A DNA stretch of 64,000 nt from Bdellovibrionales bacterium (GCA_005801425.1 SYDY01000115.1:7019-71018); one strand, 5' to 3'. Numbered from the stretch's first letter, positions 12,664-22,833 are shown. Made by a program: numbers and translations. Notes: a model not told the origin generated them from the sequence alone.

Positions 12664-13295
12664 GTCGAGCAGTCCGTCGGTGGGTTGACATGGTTATCTT
12701 GCGCGAGACGCTCTCCCAGTTCCTTGGCATCACCGTGAGGTGCCCAGGTCATGGAGGTCACTTGATCCAAGGGTCGCAAATTGGGTTCCGGGTTTCGGTG
12801 GCACTCAAGACACCAGCCCATGCTGAGTGGCTGTACTTGACGCACAACATCCATCGTATCCACGCGCCCATGGCAGGAAACACAGCCAACACCACGCGTC
12901 ACGTGGGCGCTGTGATTAAAGTAAACGTAGTCAGGCAAATCATGAACACGTGTCCACTGCACGGCCCTACCCGTTTCGTAGCTCTCACGGATCAACGCCA
13001 GTTTATCACTGGTGGCCTTAATGCGTTTATGACAATTCATACAGGTTTCTGCCGAAGGGATCGCGGCACGCGCGGCAACGTCAACCGTATTATGACAATA
13101 ACGGCAGTCAATCCCGAGCTCACCCGCATGCAAAGCATGACTGTATGGAACGGGCTGCTTGGGCGCATAGCCCACATCAAGCGCCTGGGGTGACGCGCCG
13201 TACCAAAAGAGGCCGACCAGGTACACGAGCGCACCCGTCGCTATTGCGGGAAGAAGCGGCCCAAGCCGAGCGGTCCATGGTGGGAATGGGATCAT
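12651..13295 (-). CDS. actA: Alternative complex III subunit ActA, pentaheme cytochrome c
   Basis: 214 aa with an N-terminal TM and five CxxCH motifs (CRYCH, CMNCH, CVSCH, CLECH, CSTCH). Confidence 0.9.
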   Translation of the reverse strand: MIPFPPWTARLGPLLPAIATGALVYLVGLFWYGASPQALDVGYAPKQPVPYSHALHAGELGIDCRYCHNTVDVAARAAIPSAETCMNCHKRIKATSDKLALIRESYETGRAVQWTRVHDLPDYVYFNHSAHVTRGVGCVSCHGRVDTMDVVRQVQPLSMGWCLECHRNPEPNLRPLDQVTSMTWAPHGDAKELGERLAQDNHVNPPTDCSTCHR

Positions 13296-13497
13296 CGCAC
13301 GCCATCTCGCTGTTTCTGCACTGGTTCAATCGCTGCCGTATGGGACACAATCAGTGCAAACAAGATTAAGCTCTCGTTATGCACTGAGCAACTCTACGGC
13401 GACGGTTCAACACGGTTATGAACCAAGGGTCAATGCGGCAAAATGCCGCGTCGATGGTTTACCACGTCACGCGAAGATCGCAATAGTTAGGTCATTT

Positions 13498-16101
13498 TCA
13501 GTGCAAGGATTCTTGGACGGAATCAGCCGATGAGGCAACACCAAAATGCAGCGCATCATCTTGCATGGAAACTTCAAGCGTATCCCCCGCCACAAATTTA
13601 CCGGCAAGCAAGAGAGACGCCAATGGATTTTGTACCTCACGCTGAAGCACACGACGCAAAGGGCGCGCACCAAAAACAGGGTCATAACCCACACGCGCGA
13701 GATAGCGCTTTGCGTCGTCATCCACACGCAAACCAAGATCACGGACTTCAAGCATCTTCGTAATATTCTCAAGCTGCAGATCCAGGATCTTGGTGATGTC
13801 CTGCTCACGCAATGCGCCAAAAATAACCGTCTCATCGATACGGTTCAAAAACTCCGGTCTGAAATGCTTGCGCAATGCTTCTTCTGCTTGGTCACGCATG
13901 CGCTGATCATCTTTGCCCGCATAATGCTGAATGACATCGGATCCAATGTTCGATGTCATGATTAAAATGGTATTGCGGAAATCGACCGTACGGCCCTGCC
14001 CATCGGTAAGCCGTCCATCGTCGAGCACCTGCAACAGGACATTAAAAACGTCAGAATGTGCCTTTTCAACTTCATCAAGCAGCACCACGGAATAAGGCCT
14101 GCGTCGCACAGCTTCCGTGAGTTGGCCACCCTCGTCGTACCCCACATAACCAGGGGGCGCACCAATCAGACGCGAGACGGAATGCTTCTCCATGTCTTCG
14201 CTCATGTCGATGCGGATCATGGCCTGCTCGTTATCAAACAAAAAGTCCGCAAGTGCGCGAGCCGTTTCTGTTTTGCCCACGCCCGTAGGCCCCATAAACA
14301 AAAATGTCCCCGCAGGCCTTTTGGGATCCGCGAGTCCTGCACGACTGCGACGAATGGCGTCGGAGACTGCGCGAAGCGCCTCTTCTTGCCCAATGACACG
14401 TTGGCGCAAGTTGTCTTCCATGTGCAGTAATTTTTCAACTTCACTTTCCAGCATTTTTGAGACGGGAATACCGGTCCAACGTGAAACCACGGTGGCAATT
14501 TCTTCTTCGGTCACCTCTTCGTTCAACATGCGATCCGGAGACGCTTTTGCAACTTTAAGCGCTTCTTTCAGTTCATTTTCAAGCGTTGGTATTTTTCCAA
14601 ATTTAAGCTCAGCCGCAAGCTCAAGTTTGCCTTGCCGTTCGGCTTCTGCCTGCTGATGCCGCAATTGATCCAACTGCTCTTTGATGTTCCGAGTCTTTTT
14701 GAGAGACGCCACTTCTTCCTGCCATTTGGCCTTGAGTGCGCCCTCCTGCTCTTTAAGCTCTGCAAGCTCTTGATTCACGGTCCCCAAACGATTTTTGCTG
14801 GCATCCGTAGATTCGCGAAGCAATGCCTGCTTTTCCACCTCAAGCTGCACAATTTTGCGTGAGTACTGATCAACCTCTGTAGGAACACTGTCGATTTGCA
14901 GACGCAAAAAGCTTGCTGCTTCATCAATCAGATCGATGGCTTTGTCTGGGAGAAATCGGTCGGTAATGTAACGGTCAGAAAATTTTGCCGCCGCAACAAT
15001 GGCCGCGTCTTGGATCCTTACACCGTGATGGATCTCATAACGGTCTTTTAATCCACGCAATACTGCAATGGTATCTTCAACACTTGGAGGATTGACGATG
15101 ACCGGTGCAAAACGACGCTCAAGGGCCGGATCTTTTTCAACATACTTGCGATATTCATCCAGTGTCGTCGCACCCACACAATGCAATTCACCACGCGCAA
15201 GAGCCGGCTTGAGCATGTTCGATGCATCCATGGCACCTTCACCTGCCCCAGCACCCACCAATGTATGCAACTCGTCGATAAAGAGAATCACCTCGCCGTT
15301 GGATTCTGAGACTTCTTTCAAAACAGCTTTAAGACGATCCTCAAATTCACCACGATATTTCGCACCCGCAATCATCGCACCCAAATCAAGCGCGATCAGT
15401 TTTTTATTACGCATGCTCGATGGCACATCGCCATCCACAATACGTTTTGCAAGCCCCTCAACAATCGCGGTTTTGCCTACGCCTGGCTCACCAATAAGCA
15501 CCGGATTGTTTTTGGTACGCCGCGACAAGACCTGCAGCACACGACGGATCTCTTCATCGCGGCCAATCACCGGATCGGTTTTTCCCTTGCGGGCTGCATC
15601 GATAAGATCGCGACCGTATTTAAGCAAAGCCTGATAACGATTTTCGGGATCTTTGTCGCTCACACGATGTGAACCACGTACATCTTTCAGCGCATGCAAC
15701 AATGATGCCTCTTTAAGCCCCAACGCGCGCAGATCAGAACCCGCGTCGCCCTTATCGGCTGATGCGGCCATAAGAACATGTTCGGTTGAGACATAGTCAT
15801 CGCGCATGCTGTCTGCACGGATCTGGGCATCGGTAAGAATGCGGCGCAACTCTTCGGTGTAAAAAGGCTCACCCCCCGATACCTTGGGCGTGCTCTCAAG
15901 CCTTTGCGTTAGCTTGGCCTTAAGCTGCGCCGGAGCAACACCCACTTTCGCCACCAAAGGCGCAACGATACCGCCCTCCTGCTGGAGCATAGCGAGCAAT
16001 AGATGGGATGCGCCTATCCCTTGATGGCCCTCTGAAGCAGCCATTTGATGGGCGTCGTTAAGTGCTTCTTGGGTTTTATTGGTGAGCTTGTCTAAACGCA
16101 T
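13498..16101 (-). CDS. clpB: ATP-dependent chaperone ClpB
   Basis: 867 aa with a Clp N-domain, two AAA+ modules (Walker A 'GEPGVGKT' and 'GPTGVGKT') and a coiled-coil middle domain. A GGAGGA RBS precedes the start. Confidence 0.95.
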   Translation of the reverse strand: MRLDKLTNKTQEALNDAHQMAASEGHQGIGASHLLLAMLQQEGGIVAPLVAKVGVAPAQLKAKLTQRLESTPKVSGGEPFYTEELRRILTDAQIRADSMRDDYVSTEHVLMAASADKGDAGSDLRALGLKEASLLHALKDVRGSHRVSDKDPENRYQALLKYGRDLIDAARKGKTDPVIGRDEEIRRVLQVLSRRTKNNPVLIGEPGVGKTAIVEGLAKRIVDGDVPSSMRNKKLIALDLGAMIAGAKYRGEFEDRLKAVLKEVSESNGEVILFIDELHTLVGAGAGEGAMDASNMLKPALARGELHCVGATTLDEYRKYVEKDPALERRFAPVIVNPPSVEDTIAVLRGLKDRYEIHHGVRIQDAAIVAAAKFSDRYITDRFLPDKAIDLIDEAASFLRLQIDSVPTEVDQYSRKIVQLEVEKQALLRESTDASKNRLGTVNQELAELKEQEGALKAKWQEEVASLKKTRNIKEQLDQLRHQQAEAERQGKLELAAELKFGKIPTLENELKEALKVAKASPDRMLNEEVTEEEIATVVSRWTGIPVSKMLESEVEKLLHMEDNLRQRVIGQEEALRAVSDAIRRSRAGLADPKRPAGTFLFMGPTGVGKTETARALADFLFDNEQAMIRIDMSEDMEKHSVSRLIGAPPGYVGYDEGGQLTEAVRRRPYSVVLLDEVEKAHSDVFNVLLQVLDDGRLTDGQGRTVDFRNTILIMTSNIGSDVIQHYAGKDDQRMRDQAEEALRKHFRPEFLNRIDETVIFGALREQDITKILDLQLENITKMLEVRDLGLRVDDDAKRYLARVGYDPVFGARPLRRVLQREVQNPLASLLLAGKFVAGDTLEVSMQDDALHFGVASSADSVQESLH

Positions 16102-16122
16102 ACGGTCCTCCGCGTAGCATTA

Positions 16123-16149
16123 AGCTAGGGGCGGAAACGTTGGCGTCAA
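16123..16149 (-). promoter_or_regulatory. Sigma32-like heat-shock promoter upstream of clpB
   Basis: On the minus strand, 'tctccacaTTGACg' then 13 nt then 'CCCCTAGCT'. This matches the sigma32 consensus (CTTGAA-N13-15-CCCCATNT) and lies about 22-50 nt upstream of the clpB ATG. Confidence 0.45.
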
Positions 16150-16164
16150 TGTGGAGAATTAGGT

Positions 16165-16335
16165 TTAGTTGCGGTTGCTGCTTTGAGCCACATCCGTTTT
16201 GGTTGGCTCAGTTTCAAGATCGATGAGTTTATCTTTCCATTCTTCAAGCTGCTTGCGGGTAATCAAGCCTTGTCGAATAAATCGCTCTTGAAGACGCGTA
16301 TCAAACAAAATTTCCTGAGGAATGTTTTCGGTCAT
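16165..16335 (-). CDS. Small hypothetical protein (56 aa), below the ORF-track length cutoff
   Basis: Minus-strand ORF MTENIPQEILFDTRLQERFIRQGLITRKQLEEWKDKLIDLETEPTKTDVAQSSNRN. It is intact and fills the gap between the phoH-like gene and clpB. The start at 16335 and the frame were read by hand from the printed sequence and have not been checked computationally. Confidence 0.3.
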   Translation of the reverse strand: MTENIPQEILFDTRLQERFIRQGLITRKQLEEWKDKLIDLETEPTKTDVAQSSNRN

Positions 16336-16448
16336 AATTTTTATGTCCTCTGGAGGCTATCCATCGAAAAATTGGAAACGGCCACGCAGTATGCCGAAAA
16401 AAACAAAGCTAGGCAAGATTCGCCCAAAGGAGCATGTGCGCTAATAGC

Positions 16449-17777
16449 CTACAGCATATTGGCAGCGAGTTCTGCCAGTTCGCTGCGCTCGCCCTTCAGT
16501 AAAGTAATATGACCCGCGATCCGTTCACCCGCAAAACGATTCACAACATGGCAAAGACCATTGTTGGTGGAATCCACATAGGGGTTATCGATCTGATAAG
16601 GATCTCCGGATAGGATCACTTTGGTATTTTCACCCGCGCGGGTGATGATCGTTTTAACCTCATGAGGCGTTAGATTTTGTGCCTCATCAATGATCATAAT
16701 CTGATGGGGCAAACTTCGCCCACGGATGTACATCAATGGTTCAATTTGAATAATCCCAAGATCCAGCAACTCTTTGTAGCTTCGTCCCGTACGACGTTCG
16801 TCGGTTTTGGAAAATCCCATCAAAAATTCGACGTTGTCGAAGATAGGTTGCATCCACGGATTTAATTTTTCTTCCATACTTCCTGGCAAGTAACCAATAT
16901 CTTTGCCTAAGGGCAAAATCGGTCGTGACACCAAAAGCCGCTGATAAACGCCTTCTTCGGTCACTTTTTGCAAACCCGCGGCCAATGCAAGCAACGTTTT
17001 GCCTGTGCCTGCTTTGCCCACCAAAGTCACAACTTTAATATTATCGTTGAGCAACAGATCGAGCGCAAAAGCCTGTTCTTTATTGCGAGGCCGGATCCCC
17101 CAAATACCGCGTTTGGCATCAATGAGAGGCTCCACGGACTGTGTTTCGATATTAAATTTTCCCAGCGCCGTATGCGATGGATTCATTGCATCCCGTAAAA
17201 TAATAAACTGATTGGGGTGATAATAAGGATCATCCAGCTGATACGAACCCTGGGAATAAAACGTATCTACGGCACTTCCGCTGACTTCTACTTCAGCAAC
17301 CCCCGAATACAGCTCACTGATATCGGTGCGTTCAGAATCAAAATCTTCAACCTGCAAGCCCAGTGCATGACCACGAATACGAAGGTTAATGTCTTTGGTC
17401 ACGAAAATAGTCGGACCATCGGTATGGTGCTCTGAACAATCGAGGGCTGTGGCCAAAATACGATTATCGACTGAATTCCCCGAGGCAAGTTCAACGGGAA
17501 GCTCACGACGGGTCACGGCCACCTTAAGCAGCCCAGTGCCGTTGATCGTTACACCATCGTTGAGATGCCCTTCTGTGCGTAATTCATCAAGCGTTCTTCC
17601 AATCTGACGTGCATTACGACCTAATTCGGAAAGATCTTTTTTGAAATTATCAATTTCTTCGATGACGTAAATAGGAATGACGACAATATTATCTTCAAAG
17701 GCAAACAACGAACGGGCGTCGTAAAGAAGCACGTTGGTATCAAGCACAAACAACTTTTGCATCAGCCTCGCCTTCAC
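16449..17777 (-). CDS. PIN-domain plus PhoH-like ATPase (YlaK/PhoH2 family)
   Basis: N-terminal PIN ('LFVLDTNVLLYD') and C-terminal PhoH P-loop ('LVGKAGTGKTLLALAAGL'). The probable start is the internal Met 'MQKLFVL'. Confidence 0.85.
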   Translation of the reverse strand: MKARLMQKLFVLDTNVLLYDARSLFAFEDNIVVIPIYVIEEIDNFKKDLSELGRNARQIGRTLDELRTEGHLNDGVTINGTGLLKVAVTRRELPVELASGNSVDNRILATALDCSEHHTDGPTIFVTKDINLRIRGHALGLQVEDFDSERTDISELYSGVAEVEVSGSAVDTFYSQGSYQLDDPYYHPNQFIILRDAMNPSHTALGKFNIETQSVEPLIDAKRGIWGIRPRNKEQAFALDLLLNDNIKVVTLVGKAGTGKTLLALAAGLQKVTEEGVYQRLLVSRPILPLGKDIGYLPGSMEEKLNPWMQPIFDNVEFLMGFSKTDERRTGRSYKELLDLGIIQIEPLMYIRGRSLPHQIMIIDEAQNLTPHEVKTIITRAGENTKVILSGDPYQIDNPYVDSTNNGLCHVVNRFAGERIAGHITLLKGERSELAELAANML

Positions 17778-18063
17778 AAAGAGGATAAAAACATACCCAA
17801 GCGTTGGCTGCGCTTAGGTGGAGTCGTCAAGGGTTTAATCCTTTCTTGTAGAAATTTTGTCGGTTTAGATAAAGACTTTGAGCGTTCGAAATCTGGGATC
17901 GCCGCATTGATCTGCAACCCTAACAAAAAGCAGCTTAAAGAAAAAATAACCGGAACATAAAATTCTTATGGCGCTAATTTTGCGAGGAAAATTGCATTCA
18001 GGTCACAAAAGGGTTGCAAAGACCAACCACAAACAGGTAGCTAGTGACTTCTTTTGGTGGTGT

Positions 18064-18139
18064 GGGGCTGTAGCTCAACTGGGAGAGCGCCTGGATGGCA
18101 TTCAGGAGGTCGTCGGTTCGATCCCGATCAGCTCCACCA
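18064..18139 (+). tRNA. tRNA-Ala (anticodon GGC)
   Basis: 76-nt cloverleaf GGGGCUGUAGCUCAACUGGGAGAGCGCCUGGAUGGCAUUCAGGAGGUCGUCGGUUCGAUCCCGAUCAGCUCCACCA. The G3:U70 Ala identity pair is present, the anticodon loop is AUGGCAU, and CCA is encoded. Confidence 0.9.
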
Positions 18140-18154
18140 TTATTTTTCTATCTC

Positions 18155-19207
18155 CTATTTCAACAACAATTTTCGAATATCTGAGTTCTGCATCAGAACA
18201 TGAGAAACACGTACCGTGCCTGCGTTGTTCAGGTGAAGACGATCCGCAAATTCCGTGGCCGGGAAATGATCAGAACTCAAATCAACCCACAACACATTCT
18301 GCGAACGTGCCATCGCTTCAACCTTCATGCGAATATGTGTTAAATCGCGCAGGAACTGCACTTGATTCATCCCTTGCCCGACATACCATTCAATGTTGAC
18401 AGGCAACCACACCACAGCGGCCTTTTGAGGCCGGCGACCCAGGGCATGAATCACATCTTCGGATCCAAGCATACTCGGACTCTCATTGCTTGTATTCACA
18501 TCGCACTGCTGGAATAAACGACACATCATCCAAAGTCGCTTCTGATCCCATTGTGTCCCTGCGGAGAGCACCGCTTTATGAGGATCACATCCTCCCAATG
18601 CCGGAGACATCGCAACTCCCGTCGTATACTGCTCAGCAGTACGCCCCATCGCAGCCCGTATTTTTTGCTGCATCAAGATCACAGGCCATAGCATGTTGTA
18701 CCACTTCAAATGTGAGATAAGCAGCGTACTCGTTTTGGGTGCCAACGTAGGAAGCTGTGATTTAATTGCCAAGGCGGCGTTACGATCTCCAATAAGATCA
18801 TAAATCCACATCCACTCCATACGACTTTGGGCTTCAAGAAAATAGACAGGATTCAAAAGCCAAATCATTGGAATATCGCTTTTCAGTGCATTCACTATTT
18901 TAGGAACGAGAAGCGCATAAGAAAACGGTCCCATGCCTGATCGTGCGAGCAAATGGGCAGGTCGTAGGCTTTGATCACTTATCGAATTGATCGCAGATGG
19001 CACATTGCATGAATCGCAGGATTCCGAGCTTCCCAAGAAAACAGCAGCGTTCTGTTCGTGAGCCAAAGCAAGCGCGGTATCAATATCTCCATAATAAGAT
19101 AAAACGGGCTTTCGTTTTCCAAGCTCCACGGATGGCCAGAAAATGACTGTCATCACAACGCCGACACAAGAAAGCGCCAGCACCCACGTCGGGTTAAAAC
19201 GTCGCAT
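18155..19207 (-). CDS. DltD-like / SGNH-fold O-acyltransferase partner protein
   Basis: N-terminal TM anchor and a 'FLGSSE' block resembling the DltD catalytic Ser motif, immediately downstream of the MBOAT gene. The start was chosen at MRRFNPTW (19207); the longer ORF reaches 19276. Confidence 0.55.
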   Translation of the reverse strand: MRRFNPTWVLALSCVGVVMTVIFWPSVELGKRKPVLSYYGDIDTALALAHEQNAAVFLGSSESCDSCNVPSAINSISDQSLRPAHLLARSGMGPFSYALLVPKIVNALKSDIPMIWLLNPVYFLEAQSRMEWMWIYDLIGDRNAALAIKSQLPTLAPKTSTLLISHLKWYNMLWPVILMQQKIRAAMGRTAEQYTTGVAMSPALGGCDPHKAVLSAGTQWDQKRLWMMCRLFQQCDVNTSNESPSMLGSEDVIHALGRRPQKAAVVWLPVNIEWYVGQGMNQVQFLRDLTHIRMKVEAMARSQNVLWVDLSSDHFPATEFADRLHLNNAGTVRVSHVLMQNSDIRKLLLK

Positions 19208-19306
19208 ACACAAACTCTGCCCGTGATGACCCTGTGGCAAGGAACAAATAAGTGCACCACAAAGACGTGACCACAATCATCCAGCCCATAGATATCAAAA
19301 AAGGCT

Positions 19307-20386
19307 TCATGCGAACATCCGAAGGATGGAATTCCAGGCTTGCGGCAACGGATATGAGAAAAGTATCCACCCCAACGTAACGGACAAAAATGTCATCACG
19401 ATAGAAAGAATATTCCACACCGACCCTTGAAAAAAGAATTTACCCAAAAAGAGACGTTTGCAAATGCTATGAACAACAAGAAGCATGCCGTGATAAAAAC
19501 CCCATGCTAAAAAATTCCAAGCAAGGCCATGCCATACACCACAAATGGACATGCTCACGATCAACAGCACGATCTTATATGCAAAACCTCGGCGACTCCC
19601 GCCCAATGGAATATATAAAAAATCACGGATCCAAAACGAGAGTGACATATGCCAACGACGCCAAAATACTGAGATGTTTGGGGACATATAGGGATTGTCA
19701 AAATTTTCAGGCAACGTGAAGCCACACAAGCAACCCAGTCCAATCACAAGATCGGTATAACCTGCGAAATCACAATACAATTTGATACTGTTGGTGACCG
19801 CTGAACGCCAAAGAAACAATGAAGGTGCCACTTGCAAATCGTAGACACTTAAAACCCATGGCGCAACGCCATATCCAATCAACAAAAAGACAAGGCCTGA
19901 TATCAAACGACGCATCGCTTGAGCTGCATCAGGCACATGCCACGCAAAATGCTCTGGTCGTGTGATGGGCCCCATCACCACGATGGGAAAAAATAACATT
20001 TGTAACATACGCTGCTGCAAGGACATCAGAGGAATTTTTTGAACTTCGACAGCAAGCGCCACTGCACGAAAACCAAAATAAGATAAACTGGGCAAAAATG
20101 GCGCAACAAGCATCATGTCGTTGCGTAAGGCAGTATACGCAATAACAAGCAATGAGGAAGCCACTACAAGGGGCACTTGGCACCATGGAACATACGACAA
20201 CAACGCAATGAGCGTGCCTAAACCTATGTAAATAAAACCCGTTTTAGGACCACAAAAAGCAAAAAGAATATACAGCGAAGCTGCTAAAGCGGGTATACCA
20301 CGCCATGGCGGAACAAGCCGTCCTTCTACCAACCCCACGGTCAAAAACAGAAGCCACACGACAGGGTTGGTAAGAAGTTCTAACAT
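19307..20386 (-). CDS. MBOAT family membrane-bound O-acyltransferase (AlgI/DltB-like)
   Basis: Polytopic membrane protein with the MBOAT signature 'FWRRWHMSLSFWIRDFLYIPLGG' and a conserved His in 'CGVWHG'. Confidence 0.85.
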   Translation of the reverse strand: MLELLTNPVVWLLFLTVGLVEGRLVPPWRGIPALAASLYILFAFCGPKTGFIYIGLGTLIALLSYVPWCQVPLVVASSLLVIAYTALRNDMMLVAPFLPSLSYFGFRAVALAVEVQKIPLMSLQQRMLQMLFFPIVVMGPITRPEHFAWHVPDAAQAMRRLISGLVFLLIGYGVAPWVLSVYDLQVAPSLFLWRSAVTNSIKLYCDFAGYTDLVIGLGCLCGFTLPENFDNPYMSPNISVFWRRWHMSLSFWIRDFLYIPLGGSRRGFAYKIVLLIVSMSICGVWHGLAWNFLAWGFYHGMLLVVHSICKRLFLGKFFFQGSVWNILSIVMTFLSVTLGWILFSYPLPQAWNSILRMFA

Positions 20387-20496
20387 CGTCGTCGTATGGC
20401 GGGCATACCATCGGCATCACCCCAATAGCAATTTACACACTTCGGTATTTCTAGTTTCCTCCATAACCGCTATCGTGTGTAGGGGAGAGGGAAGAC

Positions 20497-21300
20497 ATGA
20501 TTAAAACAATATTTACAGTGAGCCTTGCCATCATTTTAGGATGCGGAGATCGAGGTGCATCCAACGTCACCACACGCTTAGGTTGGACTTTGGACTATGC
20601 GGATTGGACCCAAGCGGGTATCACCCAGCCTGACGTCCGAGGATGCAGCAATCAACCCAGTGATGGCGGCAATGGGACACCCTATCCAGCAGTCACGCAA
20701 GTCCATGTTCAACTTATGGATGCAAGCCAACAAACAGCGCCTATCGATGCCATGTTTGCATGCGACGAAGGGATCGGTGGGCAACGCGTGCCACTGACCA
20801 ATCTTGAGGCCGAAACCTATGTGTTAAAGGTAACGGCATTGGCAAGTGACAACTCGGCACTGTACGCCTACCACGACAATGCATTTCATCCAAACACAGC
20901 TTCTGTTGAACAGGATATCACGCTGCGCGCGGCTGTGGGTGAATTACGATTTTTTCCGCGGTTTGGATCACAAGGGCTGACGTGTCCCAATGATGTTGAA
21001 AATATCAGCTATAAAATAATATCGCATTCCGATCTCATTGCTCAAGGCACGATGGCTGCATGCCGCGATGGCTTCGCCAATGAAATCAATATTCGTAATA
21101 TTCCCGTAGAACCCAAACCTGGTGCCAATGGAAGCTATATCGCAGACCAATTTGATTTACTTATTGAAGCGAAGAATTCGGCTGGAAATGTGTTGTATTG
21201 CAATCAATCACAGCGCACCGTGAAACCTGGAAACAAAAACCTCACCAACGATGTCGTACTGCAAGCAGGCAGTGCCTGTGGTGCCAGTGCTCCACTTTGA
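20497..21300 (+). CDS. Hypothetical lipoprotein
   Basis: Signal peptide with lipobox 'ILGCGD'. Product is unknown; it is secreted, Cys-containing and has no recognizable domain. Confidence 0.55.
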   Translation: MIKTIFTVSLAIILGCGDRGASNVTTRLGWTLDYADWTQAGITQPDVRGCSNQPSDGGNGTPYPAVTQVHVQLMDASQQTAPIDAMFACDEGIGGQRVPLTNLEAETYVLKVTALASDNSALYAYHDNAFHPNTASVEQDITLRAAVGELRFFPRFGSQGLTCPNDVENISYKIISHSDLIAQGTMAACRDGFANEINIRNIPVEPKPGANGSYIADQFDLLIEAKNSAGNVLYCNQSQRTVKPGNKNLTNDVVLQAGSACGASAPL

Positions 21301-21321
21301 AGGGCGGCTCAAGAACCGCCC

Positions 21322-22761
21322 CTATCGGATTTCATATTCTTTGATTTTGTATAAAAGCGCACGATGAGAAATTTCGAGTAGACGGGCCGCTTGGGTACGA
21401 TTACCACTTGTTTTTGCAAGACTTCGTCGAATTAAATCTTGTTCGATCATTTGTGTGGCTTTTTTGATCGAGAGATCATCACCAAATAGAGACACATGCG
21501 GCATGCTGGCCATGCCGGTCACACGATCGGGAAGATCTTCCAAATCGATCACGTTGTGATCTGCCAAAACCAAAGCACGTTCCATAGCATTTTCAAGCTC
21601 TCGAATATTGCCCGGCCAGTGATAATCGTAAAGAACTTGCATCGCTTGTTTTGATACCGTCACCGAGGGCGATCCCATACGTTCACCGTATTCCCGTAAG
21701 AAATGGTGAACCAATTCAGGAATATCATCACGACGTTGGCGCAAGGGTGGCACTTTGATCGTTACCACATTGAGACGATAGTAAAGATCTTCCCGAAATG
21801 TTCCTGCTTGTACCATGGCAGGAACATCGCGACTTGTGGCCGCAACCACCCGTACATCCACTTGACGCCCCTGGCTTTCCCCCACACGGCGGATCTCGCC
21901 TTCTTGCAAAAATCGCAAAAGCTTCACCTGCATGGACACTGGCAAATCACCGATCTCATCCAAAAACAGCGTTCCGCCATGGGCCTCTTCTATAAGTCCT
22001 CCTCGGTCGCGTTGCGCATCGGTAAATGCACCTTTGGCATGCCCAAAAAGTTCACTTTCGATCAAATGTTCTGGGATAGCCCCGCAATTGATGGGAACCC
22101 ATGACCCTTGTGACCGTGTGGATTCATCATGCAATGCCCGGGCGATCAACTCTTTTCCAGTACCCGATTCACCCAAAATCAACACCGTGGACTTGTAGGG
22201 TGCAACTTTTTGAATGGTACGAAACACACGGCGCATTTTCAAACTTTGGCCAATAATGCCGCCGGGGATCTCAATGCCAGCCATCCCTTCTTTAAGACGC
22301 GCATTTTCGGCCTTAAGCCTGGCTTCTTCTTCTTCAAGTCGAAGTCTTTCGCAAGCCGTTGTAACCTTGAGAAGTACTTCATCTTCACGCACCGGCTTAC
22401 AGACATAATCACCAGCACCCAGTTTCATCGCCTCAATGGCGGTATCAATATCATCAAAAGGACTCATCATAATCACATGGACTGGAAGCTTGCGATCACG
22501 AATAGCACGCAACAGATCAAGCCCATCCATATTCGGCATGGAAACACCACTGAGCACAATGTCACCACCACCATCCGAAAGATGCTCAAGCGCCTCCACG
22601 CCATCGCCAGCTTCGGATACCGTAAATGCAAACTTTTCAAGTAAATTCCGTAAAAGATGACGAACGGGCACATCGTCATCCACAAGAAGGACGCGACGCC
22701 CACGACGCTCACGAAGATCTGTTGTATTATTCTCTGATGACATAGGCGCTGATCCTAACAT
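21322..22761 (-). CDS. Sigma54-dependent response regulator (NtrC family: REC plus AAA+ plus Fis-type HTH)
   Basis: REC domain ('RVLLVDDDVPVR...MPNMDG'), AAA+ Walker A 'GESGTGKE', 'ESELFGH' and a C-terminal HTH. The sigma54-contact loop reads GAFTDA rather than the canonical GAFTGA. The start is uncertain (22743 or 22761). Confidence 0.9.
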   Translation of the reverse strand: MLGSAPMSSENNTTDLRERRGRRVLLVDDDVPVRHLLRNLLEKFAFTVSEAGDGVEALEHLSDGGGDIVLSGVSMPNMDGLDLLRAIRDRKLPVHVIMMSPFDDIDTAIEAMKLGAGDYVCKPVREDEVLLKVTTACERLRLEEEEARLKAENARLKEGMAGIEIPGGIIGQSLKMRRVFRTIQKVAPYKSTVLILGESGTGKELIARALHDESTRSQGSWVPINCGAIPEHLIESELFGHAKGAFTDAQRDRGGLIEEAHGGTLFLDEIGDLPVSMQVKLLRFLQEGEIRRVGESQGRQVDVRVVAATSRDVPAMVQAGTFREDLYYRLNVVTIKVPPLRQRRDDIPELVHHFLREYGERMGSPSVTVSKQAMQVLYDYHWPGNIRELENAMERALVLADHNVIDLEDLPDRVTGMASMPHVSLFGDDLSIKKATQMIEQDLIRRSLAKTSGNRTQAARLLEISHRALLYKIKEYEIR

Positions 22762-22817
22762 TTTGATCTCTCGCATACGACCCCCGTTGAATGCGAGTAA
22801 GCTGCACCCTACTTTTG

Positions 22818-22833
22818 TGGCCCCCGCAAAGCT
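22818..22833 (+). promoter_or_regulatory. Candidate sigma54 (-24/-12) promoter for the lipoprotein operon
   Basis: 'TGGCccccgcaaaGCt' has a GG-N10-GC spacing match to TGGCAC-N5-TTGCW. It lies 44 nt upstream of the 22877 ATG and is divergent from the EBP gene. The conserved TT before the -12 GC is missing. Confidence 0.3.

Noticed and set aside
16183-16512. 109-aa plus-strand ORF between clpB and the phoH-like gene
   Set aside because: It is antisense to the better-supported 56-aa minus-strand ORF and to the 3' end of the phoH-like gene, and it has no RBS or motif.
17757-18399. Plus-strand ORFs 17757..17960 and 17968..18399
   Set aside because: The second runs straight through the tRNA-Ala gene and the convergent DltD-like gene. 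Both are unsupported by RBS or motifs.
18064-22761. Genomic island integrated at tRNA-Ala
   Set aside because: No integrase or recombinase, no visible direct repeat of the tRNA 3' end, and the GC content is not obviously different. Adjacency to the tRNA alone is insufficient.
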